DNA from: Eledone cirrhosa
Lineage: Eukaryota
DNA: 64,000 bases
Assembly: GCA_964016885.1 (NCBI GenBank)
Contig: OZ024744.1
Location: 992,001-1,056,000 of the forward strand
Reading direction: 5' to 3'
Below, piece after piece: positions 54,000 to 64,000 of this stretch. Each line of letters begins with the position of its first letter. The first letter of the stretch is position 1. The notes under the pieces were generated by a model, which saw nothing but the letters and a program-made list of their open reading frames with translations, did not search any database and had not been told where the DNA came from. The translations under genes and the position numbers were made by a program.

Positions 54000-56900
54000 G
54001 TAGAGAAAGATAGCTTGATGAAGTACGAAGTTTTGGGGGAAGACAAGGTAGAGAAAGATAGCTTGGTGAAGAACGACGTTTTGTGGGAAGACAATGTAGA
54101 GAAACATAGTTGGTGAAGAACGAAATTTTGAGGGAAGACAAGGTAGAGAAAGATAGCTTGGTGAAGAACGAAGTTTTGAGGGAAGACAAGGTAGAGAAAG
54201 ATAGCTTGATGAAGAACGAAGTTTTGAGGGAAGACAAGGTAGAGAAAGATAGCTTGGTGAAGAACGAAGTTTTGGGGGAAGACAAGGTAGAGAAATATAG
54301 CTCGGTGAAGAACGAAGTTTTGAGGGAAGACAAGATAGAGAAAGATAGCTTGGTGAAGGACGAAGTTTTGGGGGAAGACAAGGTAGAGAAAGATAGCTTG
54401 ATGAAGAACGAAGTTTTGAGGGAAGACAAGGTAGAGAAAGATAGCTTGGTGAAGAACGAAGTTTTGAGGGAAGACAAGGTAGAGAAAGATAGCTTGGTGA
54501 AGAACGAAGTTTTGAGGGAAGACAAGGTAGAGAAAGATAGCTTGGTGAAGAACGAAGTTTTGAGGGAAAACAAGGTAGAGAAAGATAGCTTGATGAAGTA
54601 CGAAGTTTTGGGGGAAGACAAGGTAGAGAAAGATAGCTTGGTGAAGAACGAAGTTTTGAGGGAAGACAAGGTAGAGAAAGATAGCTTGATGAAGAACGAA
54701 GTTTTGAGGGAAGACAAGGTAGAGAAAGATAGCTTGGTGAAGAACGAAGTTTTGAGGGAAGACAAGGTAGAGAAGGATAGCTTGATGAAGAACGAAGTTT
54801 TGAGGGAAGACAAGGTAGAGAAAGATAGCTTGATGAAGTACGAAGTTTTGGGGGAAGACAAGGTAGAGAAAGATAGCTTGGTGAAGAACGAAGTTTTGAG
54901 GGAAGACAAGGTAGAGAAAGATAGCTTGGTGAAGAACGAAGTTTTGGGGGAAGACAAGGTAGAGAAAGATAGCTTGATGAAGTACGAAGTTTTGGGGGAA
55001 GACAAGGTAGAGAAAGATAGCTTGGTGAAGAACGACGTTTTGTGGGAAGACAAGGTAGAGAAACATAGTTGGTGAAGAACGAAGTTTTGAGGGAAGACAA
55101 GGTAGAGAAAGATAGCTTGATGAAGAACGAAGTTTTGAGGGAAGACAAGGTAGAGAAAGATAGCTTGGTGAAGAACGAAGTTTTGAGGGAAGACAAGGTA
55201 GAGAAAGATAGCTTGATGAAGAACGAAGTTTTGAGGGAAGACAAGGTAGAGAAAGATAGCTTGATGAAGTACGAAGTTTTGGGGGAAGACAAGGTAGAGA
55301 AAGATAGCTTGGTGAAGAACGAAGTTTTGAGGGAAGACAAGGTAGAGAAAGATAGCTTGATGAAGAACGAAGTTTTGAGGGAAGACAAGGTAGAGAAAGA
55401 TAGCTTGGTGAAGAACGAAGTTTTGAGGGAGGACAAAGTATAGAAAGATAGCTTGGTGAAGAACGAAGTTTTGGGTGAAGACAATGTAGAGAAAGATAGC
55501 TTGATGAAGAACGAAGTTTTGGGGGAAGACAAGGTAGAGAAAGATAGCTTGGTGAAGAACGAAGTTTTGAGGGAAGACAAGGTAGAGAAAGATAGCTTGG
55601 TGAAGAACGAAGTTTTGGGGGAAGACAAGGTAGAGAAAGATAGCTTGGTGAAGAACGAAGTTTTGAGGGAAGACAAGGTAGAGAAAGATAGCTTGGTGAA
55701 GAACGAAGTTTTGGGGGAAGACAAGGTAGAGAAATATAGCTCGGTGAAGAACGAAGTTTTGAGGGAAGACAAGGTAGAGAAAGATAGCTTGGTGAAGGAC
55801 GAAGTTTTGGGGGAAGTCAAGGTAGAGAAAGATAGCTTGGTGAAGAACGAAGTTTTGAGGGAAGACAAGGTAGAGAAAGATAGCTTGATGAAGAACGAAG
55901 TTTTGAGGGAAGACAAGGTAGAGAAAGATAGCTTGGTGAAGAACGAAGTTTTGGGGGAAGACAAGGTAGAGAAAGATAGCTTGGTGAAGAACGAAGTTTT
56001 GAGGGAAGACAAGGTAGAGAAAGATAGCTTGATGAAGTACGAAGTTTTGGGGGAAGACAAGGTAGAGAAAGATAGCTTGGTGAAGAACGAAGTTTTGAGG
56101 GAAGACAAGGTAGAGAAAGATAGCTTGATGAAGAACGAAGTTTTGAGGGAAGACAAGGTAGAGAAAGATAGCTTGGTGAAGAACGAAGTTTTGAGGGAAG
56201 ACAAGGTAGAGAAAGATAGCTTGATGAAGAACGAAGTTTTGAGGGAAGACAAGGTAGAGAAAGATAGCTTGATGAAGTACGAAGTTTTGGGGGAAGACAA
56301 GGTAGAGAAAGATAGCTTGATGAAGTACGAAGTTTTGGGGGAAGACAAGGTAGAGAAAGATAGCTTGGTGAAGAACGACGTTTTGTGGGAAGACAATGTA
56401 GAGAAACATAGTTGGTGAAGAACGAAATTTTGAGGGAAGACAAGGTAGAGAAAGATAGCTTGGTGAAGAACGAAGTTTTGAGGGAAGACAAGGTAGAGAA
56501 AGATAGCTTGATGAAGAACGAAGTTTTGAGGGAAGACAAGGTAGAGAAAGATAGCTTGGTGAAGAACGAAGTTTTGGGGGAAGACAAGGTAGAGAAATAT
56601 AGCTCGGTGAAGAACGAAGTTTTGAGGGAAGACAAGATAGAGAAAGATAGCTTGGTGAAGGACGAAGTTTTGGGGGAAGACAAGGTAGAGAAAGATAGCT
56701 TGATGAAGAACGAAGTTTTGAGGGAAGACAAGGTAGAGAAAGATAGCTTGGTGAAGAACGAAGTTTTGAGGGAAGACAAGGTAGAGAAAGATAGCTTGGT
56801 GAAGAACGAAGTTTTGAGGGAAGACAAGGTAGAGAAAGATAGCTTGGTGAAGAACGAAGTTTTGAGGGAAAACAAGGTAGAGAAAGATAGCTTGATGAAG

Positions 56901-58610
56901 TACGAAGTTTTGGGGGAAGACAAGGTAGAGAAAGATAGCTTGGTGAAGAACGAAGTTTTGAGGGAAGACAAGGTAGAGAAAGATAGCTTGATGAAGAACG
57001 AAGTTTTGAGGGAAGACAAGGTAGAGAAAGATAGCTTGGTGAAGAACGAAGTTTTGAGGGAAGACAAGGTAGAGAAGGATAGCTTGATGAAGAACGAAGT
57101 TTTGAGGGAAGACAAGGTAGAGAAAGATAGCTTGATGAAGTACGAAGTTTTGGGGGAAGACAAGGTAGAGAAAGATAGCTTGGTGAAGAACGAAGTTTTG
57201 AGGGAAGACAAGGTAGAGAAAGATAGCTTGGTGAAGAACGAAGTTTTGGGGGAAGACAAGGTAGAGAAAGATAGCTTGATGAAGTACGAAGTTTTGGGGG
57301 AAGACAAGGTAGAGAAAGATAGCTTGGTGAAGAACGACGTTTTGTGGGAAGACAAGGTAGAGAAACATAGTTGGTGAAGAACGAAGTTTTGAGGGAAGAC
57401 AAGGTAGAGAAAGATAGCTTGATGAAGAACGAAGTTTTGAGGGAAGACAAGGTAGAGAAAGATAGCTTGGTGAAGAACGAAGTTTTGAGGGAAGACAAGG
57501 TAGAGAAAGATAGCTTGATGAAGAACGAAGTTTTGAGGGAAGACAAGGTAGAGAAAGATAGCTTGATGAAGTACGAAGTTTTGGGGGAAGACAAGGTAGA
57601 GAAAGATAGCTTGGTGAAGAACGAAGTTTTGAGGGAAGACAAGGTAGAGAAAGATAGCTTGATGAAGAACGAAGTTTTGAGGGAAGACAAGGTAGAGAAA
57701 GATAGCTTGGTGAAGAACGAAGTTTTGAGGGAGGACAAAGTATAGAAAGATAGCTTGGTGAAGAACGAAGTTTTGGGTGAAGACAATGTAGAGAAAGATA
57801 GCTTGATGAAGAACGAAGTTTTGGGGGAAGACAAGGTAGAGAAAGATAGCTTGGTGAAGAACGAAGTTTTGAGGGAAGACAAGGTAGAGAAAGATAGCTT
57901 GGTGAAGAACGAAGTTTTGGGGGAAGACAAGGTAGAGAAAGATAGCTTGGTGAAGAACGAAGTTTTGAGGGAAGACAAGGTAGAGAAAGATAGCTTGGTG
58001 AAGAACGAAGTTTTGGGGGAAGACAAGGTAGAGAAATATAGCTCGGTGAAGAACGAAGTTTTGAGGGAAGACAAGGTAGAGAAAGATAGCTTGGTGAAGG
58101 ACGAAGTTTTGGGGGAAGTCAAGGTAGAGAAAGATAGCTTGGTGAAGAACGAAGTTTTGAGGGAAGACAAGGTAGAGAAAGATAGCTTGATGAAGAACGA
58201 AGTTTTGAGGGAAGACAAGGTAGAGAAAGATAGCTTGGTGAAGAACGAAGTTTTGGGGGAAGACAAGGTAGAGAAAGATAGCTTGGTGAAGAACGAAGTT
58301 TTGAGGGAAGACAAGGTAGAGAAAGATAGCTTGATGAAGTACGAAGTTTTGGGGGAAGACAAGGTAGAGAAAGATAGCTTGGTGAAGAACGAAGTTTTGA
58401 GGGAAGACAAGGTAGAGAAAGATAGCTTGATGAAGAACGAAGTTTTGAGGGAAGACAAGGTAGAGAAAGATAGCTTGGTGAAGAACGAAGTTTTGAGGGA
58501 AGACAAGGTAGAGAAAGATAGCTTGATGAAGAACGAAGTTTTGAGGGAAGACAAGGTAGAGAAAGATAGCTTGATGAAGTACGAAGTTTTGGGGGAAGAC
58601 AAGGTAGAGA
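54000..58610 (+). repeat. 2302-bp tandem duplication (48 monomers)
   Basis: Offset 2302 at 54110/56412, 55069/57371 and 55453/57755. Shared markers are TGGGAAGACAAT, AAGATAGAG, GGGAAAAC and GAAGTCAAG (55817/58119). 2302 = 48x48-2. Confidence 0.92.
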
Positions 58611-61550
58611 AAGATAGCTTGGTGAAGAACGAAGTTTTGAGGGAAGACAAGGTAGAGAAAGATAGCTTGATGAAGAACGAAGTTTTGAGGGAAGACAAGG
58701 TAGAGAAAGATAGCTTGGTGAAGAACGAAATTTTGAGGGAGGACAAAGTATAGAAAGATAGCTTGGTGAAGAACGAAGTTTTGGGTGAAGACAATGTAGA
58801 GAAAGATAGCTTGATGAAGAACGAAGTTTTGGGGGAAGACAAGGTAGAGAAAGATAGCTTGGTGAAGAACGAAGTTTTGAGGGAAGACAAGGTAGAGAAA
58901 GATAGCTTGGTGAAGAACGAAGTTTTGGGGGAAGACAAGGTAGAGAAAGATAGCTTGGTGAAGAACGAAGTTTTGAGGGAAGACAAGGTAGAGAAAGATA
59001 GCTTGGTGAAGAACGAAGTTTTGGGGGAAGACAAGGTAGAGAAAGATAGCTTGATGAAGTACAAAGTTTTGGGGGAAGACAAGGTAGAGAAAGATAGCTT
59101 GGTGAAGAACGACGTTTTGTGGGAAGACAAGGTAGAGAAACATAGTTGGTGAAGAACGAAGTTTTGAGGGAAGACAAGGTAGAGAAAGATAGCTTGATGA
59201 AGAACGAAGTTTTGAGGGAAGACAAGGTAGAGAAAGATAGCTTGATGAAGTACGAAGTTTTGGGGGAAGACAAGGTAGAGAAAGATAGCTTGGTGAAGAA
59301 CGAAGTTTTGAGGGAAGACAAGGTAGAGAAAGATAGCTTGATGAAGAACGATGTTTTGAGGGAAGACAAGGTAGAGAAAGATAGCTTGGTGAAGAACGAA
59401 GTTTTGAGGGAGGACAAAGTATAGAAAGATAGCTTGGTGAAGAACGAAGTTTTGGGTGAAGACAATGTAGAGAAAGATAGCTTGATGAAGAACGAAGTTT
59501 TGGGGGAAGACAAGGTAGAGAAAGATAGCTTGGTGAAGAACGAAGTTTTGAGGGAAGACAAGGTAGAGAAAGATAGCTTGGTGAAGAACGACGTTTTGAG
59601 GGAAGACAAGGTAGAGAAAGATAGCTTGGTGAAGAATGACGTTTTGAGGGAAGACAAGGTAGAGAAAGATAGCTTGGTGAAGAACGAAGTTTTGGGGGAA
59701 GACAAGGTAGAGAAAGATAGCTTGATGAAGTACGAAGTTTTGGGGGAAGACAAGGTAGAGAAAGATAGCTTGGTGAAGAACGACGTTTTGTGGGAAGACA
59801 AGGTAGAGAAACATAGTTGGTGAAGAACGAAATTTTGAGGGAAGACAAGGTAGAGAAAGATAGCTTGGTGAAGATCGAAGTTTTGAGGGAAGACAAGGTA
59901 GAGAAAGATAGCTTGATGAAGAACGAAGTTTTGAGGGAAGACAAGGTAGAGAAAGATAGCTTGGTGAAGAACGAAGTTTTGGGGGAAGACAAGGTAGAGA
60001 AATATAGCTAGGTGAAGAACGAAGTTTTGTGGGAAGACAAGGTAGAGAAAGATAGCTTGGTGAAGGACGAAGTTTTGGGGGAAGTCAAGGTAGAGAAAGA
60101 TAGCTTGGTGAAGAACGAAGTTTTGAGGGAAGACAAGGTAGAGAAAGATAGCTTGATGAAGAACGAAGTTTTGAGGGAAGACAAGGTAGAGAAAGATAGC
60201 TTGGTGAAGAACGAAGTTTTGGGGGAAGACAAGGTAGAGAAAGATAGCTTGGTGAAGAACGAAGTTTTGAGGGAAGACAAGGTAGAGAAAGATAGCTTGA
60301 TGAAGTACGAAGTTTTGGGGGAAGACAAGGTAGAGAAAGATAGCTTGGTGAAGAACGAAGTTTTGAGGGAAGACAAGGTAGAGAAAGATAGCTTGATGAA
60401 GAACGAAGTTTTGAGGGAAGACAAGGTAGAGAAAGATAGCTTGGTGAAGAACGAAGTTTTGAGGGAAGACAAGGTAGAGAAAGATAGCTTGATGAAGAAC
60501 GAAGTTTTGAGGGAGGACAAGGTAGAGAAAGATAGCTTGATGAAGTACGAAGTTTTGGGGGAAGACAAGGTAGAGAAAGATAGCTTGGTGAAGAACGAAG
60601 TTTTGAGGGAAGACAAGGTAGAGAAAGATAGCTTGATGAAGAACGAAGTTTTGAGGGAAGACAAGGTAGAGAAAGATAGCTTGGTGAAGAACGAAATTTT
60701 GAGGGAGGACAAAGTATAGAAAGATAGCTTGGTGAAGAACGAAGTTTTGGGTGAAGACAATGTAGAGAAAGATAGCTTGATGAAGAACGAAGTTTTGGGG
60801 GAAGACAAGGTAGAGAAAGATAGCTTGGTGAAGAACGAAGTTTTGAGGGAAGACAAGGTAGAGAAAGATAGCTTGGTGAAGAACGAAGTTTTGGGGGAAG
60901 ACAAGGTAGAGAAAGATAGCTTGGTGAAGAACGAAGTTTTGAGGGAAGACAAGGTAGAGAAAGATAGCTTGGTGAAGAACGAAGTTTTTGGGGAAGACAA
61001 GGTAGAGAAAGATAGCTTGATGAAGTACGAAGTTTTGGGGGAAGACAAGGTAGAGAAAGATAGCTTGGTGAAGAACGACGTTTTGTGGGAAGACAGGGTA
61101 GAGAAACATAGTTGGTGAAGAACGAAGTTTTGAGGGAAGACAAGGTAGAGAAAGATAGCTTGATGAAGAACGAAGTTTTGAGGGAAGACAAGGTAGAGAA
61201 AGATAGCTTGATGAAGTACGAAGTTTTGGGGGAAGACAAGGTAGAGAAAGATAGCTTGGTGAAGAACGAAGTTTTGAGGGAAGACAAGGTAGAGAAAGAT
61301 AGCTTGATGAAGAACGAAGTTTTGAGGGAAGACAAGGTAGAGAAAGATAGCTTGGTGAAGAACGAAGTTTTGAGGGAGGACAAAGTATAGAAAGATAGCT
61401 TGGTGAAGAACGAAGTTTTGGGTGAAGACAATGTAGAGAAAGATAGCTTGATGAAGAACGAAGTTTTGGGGGAAGACAAGGTAGAGAAAGATAGCTTGGT
61501 GAAGAACGAAGTTTTGAGGGAAGACAAGGTAGAGAAAGATAGCTTGGTGA
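57950..61550 (+). repeat. 1966-bp offset duplication (41 monomers), more diverged
   Basis: Offset 1966 at 58119/60085 (GAAGTCAAG), 58763/60729, 59146/61112 and 59434/61400. Several private substitutions distinguish the two copies. Confidence 0.82.
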
Positions 61551-62069
61551 AGAACGAAGTTTTGGGGGAAGACAAGGTAGAGAAAGATAGCTTGGTGAAG
61601 AACGAAGTTTTGAGGGAAGACAAGGTAGAGAAAGATAGCTTGGTGAAGAACGAAGTTTTGGGGGAAGACAAGATAGAGAAAGATAGCTTGGTGAAGAACG
61701 AAGTTTTGAGGGAAGACAAGGTAGAGAAAGATAGTTGGTGAAGAACGAAGTTTTGAGGGAAGACAAGGTAGAGAAAGATAGCTTGGTGAAGAACGACGTT
61801 TTGAGGGAAGACAAGGTAGAGAAAGATAGCTTGGTGAAGAACGACGTTTTGAGGGAAGACAAGGTAGAGAAAGATAGCTTGGTGAAGAACGAAGTTTTGG
61901 GGGAAGACAAGGTAGAGAAAGATAGCTTGGTGAAGAACGAAGTTTTGAGGGAAGACAAGGTAGAGAAAGATAGCTTGATGAAGAACGAAGTTTTGAGGGA
62001 AGACAAGGTAGAGAAAGATAGCTTGGTGAAGAACGAAGTTTTGAGGGAAGACAAGGTAGAGAAAGATAG

Positions 62070-64000
62070 CTTGGTGAAGAACGAAGTTTTGAGGGAAGAC
62101 AAGGTAGAGAAAGATAGCTTGATGAAGAACGAAGTTTTGAGGGAAGACAAGGTAGAGAAAGATAGCTTGGTGAAGAACGAAGTTTTGAGGGAAGACAAGG
62201 TAGAGAAAGATAGCTTGATGAAGAACGAAGTTTTGAGGGAAGACAAGGTAGAGAAAGATAGCTTGATGAAGTACGAAGTTTTGGGGGAAGACAAGGTAGA
62301 GAAAGATAGCTTGATGAAGTACGAAGTTTTGGGGGAAGACAAGGTAGAGAAAGATAGCTTGGTGAAGAACGACGTTTTGTGGGAAGACAATGTAGAGAAA
62401 CATAGTTGGTGAAGAACGAAATTTTGAGGGAAGACAAGGTAGAGAAAGATAGCTTGGTGAAGAACGAAGTTTTGAGGGAAGACAAGGTAGAGAAAGATAG
62501 CTTGATGAAGAACGAAGTTTTGAGGGAAGACAAGGTAGAGAAAGATAGCTTGGTGAAGAACGAAGTTTTGGGGGAAGACAAGGTAGAGAAATATAGCTCG
62601 GTGAAGAACGAAGTTTTGAGGGAAGACAAGATAGAGAAAGATAGCTTGGTGAAGGACGAAGTTTTGGGGGAAGACAAGGTAGAGAAAGATAGCTTGATGA
62701 AGAACGAAGTTTTGAGGGAAGACAAGGTAGAGAAAGATAGCTTGGTGAAGAACGAAGTTTTGAGGGAAGACAAGGTAGAGAAAGATAGCTTGGTGAAGAA
62801 CGAAGTTTTGAGGGAAGACAAGGTAGAGAAAGATAGCTTGGTGAAGAACGAAGTTTTGAGGGAAAACAAGGTAGAGAAAGATAGCTTGATGAAGTACGAA
62901 GTTTTGGGGGAAGACAAGGTAGAGAAAGATAGCTTGGTGAAGAACGAAGTTTTGAGGGAAGACAAGGTAGAGAAAGATAGCTTGATGAAGAACGAAGTTT
63001 TGAGGGAAGACAAGGTAGAGAAAGATAGCTTGGTGAAGAACGAAGTTTTGAGGGAAGACAAGGTAGAGAAGGATAGCTTGATGAAGAACGAAGTTTTGAG
63101 GGAAGACAAGGTAGAGAAAGATAGCTTGATGAAGTACGAAGTTTTGGGGGAAGACAAGGTAGAGAAAGATAGCTTGGTGAAGAACGAAGTTTTGAGGGAA
63201 GACAAGGTAGAGAAAGATAGCTTGGTGAAGAACGAAGTTTTGGGGGAAGACAAGGTAGAGAAAGATAGCTTGATGAAGTACGAAGTTTTGGGGGAAGACA
63301 AGGTAGAGAAAGATAGCTTGGTGAAGAACGACGTTTTGTGGGAAGACAAGGTAGAGAAACATAGTTGGTGAAGAACGAAGTTTTGAGGGAAGACAAGGTA
63401 GAGAAAGATAGCTTGATGAAGAACGAAGTTTTGAGGGAAGACAAGGTAGAGAAAGATAGCTTGGTGAAGAACGAAGTTTTGAGGGAAGACAAGGTAGAGA
63501 AAGATAGCTTGATGAAGAACGAAGTTTTGAGGGAAGACAAGGTAGAGAAAGATAGCTTGATGAAGTACGAAGTTTTGGGGGAATACAAGGTAGAGAAAGA
63601 TAGCTTGGTGAAGAACGAAGTTTTGAGGGAAGACAAGGTAGAGAAAGATAGCTTGATGAAGAACGAAGTTTTGAGGGAAGACAAGGTAGAGAAAGATAGC
63701 TTGGTGAAGAACGAAGTTTTGAGGGAGGACAAAGTATAGAAAGATAGCTTGGTGAAGAACGAAGTTTTGGGTGAAGACAATGTAGAGAAAGATAGCTTGA
63801 TGAAGAACGAAGTTTTGGGGGAAGACAAGGTAGAGAAAGATAGCTTGGTGAAGAACGAAGTTTTGAGGGAAGACAAGGTAGAGAAAGATAGCTTGGTGAA
63901 GAACGAAGTTTTGGGGGAAGACAAGGTAGAGAAAGATAGCTTGGTGAAGAACGAAGTTTTGAGGGAAGACAAGGTAGAGAAAGATAGCTTGGTGAAGAAC
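62070..64000 (+). repeat. Third, displaced copy of the 2302-bp block (matches ~56080-58000 at offset 5994)
   Basis: Landmarks are 56412/62406 and 57371/63365. It has the same two consecutive TAC monomers followed by the TGG...AAT monomer, and the same AAGATAGAG, GGGAAAAC and AAGGAT markers. The 321-aa translations at 54110, 56412 and 62406 are identical. Confidence 0.88.

Larger units (their letters stand above)
1..64000 (+). repeat. 48-bp tandem satellite array (~1,335 head-to-tail monomers, single orientation, truncated by both window edges)
   Basis: Every line is a rotation of TTGGTGAAGAACGAAGTTTTG(A/G)GGGAAGACAAGGTAGAGAAAGATAGC, with monomer starts at 9, 57, 105 and so on. Consensus composition is A19 G17 T9 C3 (75% purine, ~42% GC). 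Monomers differ by a few substitutions or a 1-bp indel. No non-monomer sequence was seen. Confidence 0.99.

Noticed and set aside
9-63739. More than 150 short + strand ORFs encoding (LVKNEVLREDKVEKDS)n
   Set aside because: They are all translations of the monomer, starting at the monomer's TTG/GTG and ending at copied stops or frameshifts. There is no unique domain and no bias toward synonymous changes.
5201-63972. Giant minus-strand ORFs (up to 9239 aa)
   Set aside because: They overlap in all three frames and switch peptide at each indel. The absence of TTA/CTA/TCA in the consensus explains them fully.
1-64000. CRISPR array or other repeat-spacer system
   Set aside because: There are no unique spacers: the whole 48 bp is repeated. 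No leader or cas genes are present.
1-64000. Whole array as a sequencing or rolling-circle amplification artefact
   Set aside because: Nested, linked variants at many different offsets imply a multi-step evolutionary history rather than copies of one template. Individual near-perfect duplications could still be assembly errors.
1-64000. Variant order as a deliberate information code or diversity-generating cassette system
   Set aside because: Duplication and deletion explain the order, and no recombinase, reverse transcriptase or expression site is present in the window.

Overview
The whole 64-kb window is one uninterrupted head-to-tail tandem array (satellite DNA) of a 48-bp monomer, consensus TTGGTGAAGAACGAAGTTTTG(A/G)GGGAAGACAAGGTAGAGAAAGATAGC. 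There are about 1,335 copies, all in the same orientation, running off both ends. I found no unique sequence, credible gene, RNA gene, CRISPR array or transposon. All ORFs in the track are by-products of a 16-codon monomer: the + frame is repeatedly broken by copied TAG stops and 1-bp deletions, and the giant minus-strand ORFs exist because the consensus lacks TTA/CTA/TCA. The informative signal is in the monomer variants, which act as a barcode and show a nested duplication history. This includes a ~14-kb tandem duplication (about 6.5-20.4 kb and 20.4-36.7 kb), younger 2155, 2443, 3927, 2302 and 1966-bp tandem duplications, dispersed block copies, and recurring 336, 766 and 958-bp higher-order units. 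I cannot name the satellite family or host. An array like this is typical of eukaryotic heterochromatin (inference). I see no evidence for a new protein-coding system. Block boundaries were read by eye and are uncertain by one or two monomers.
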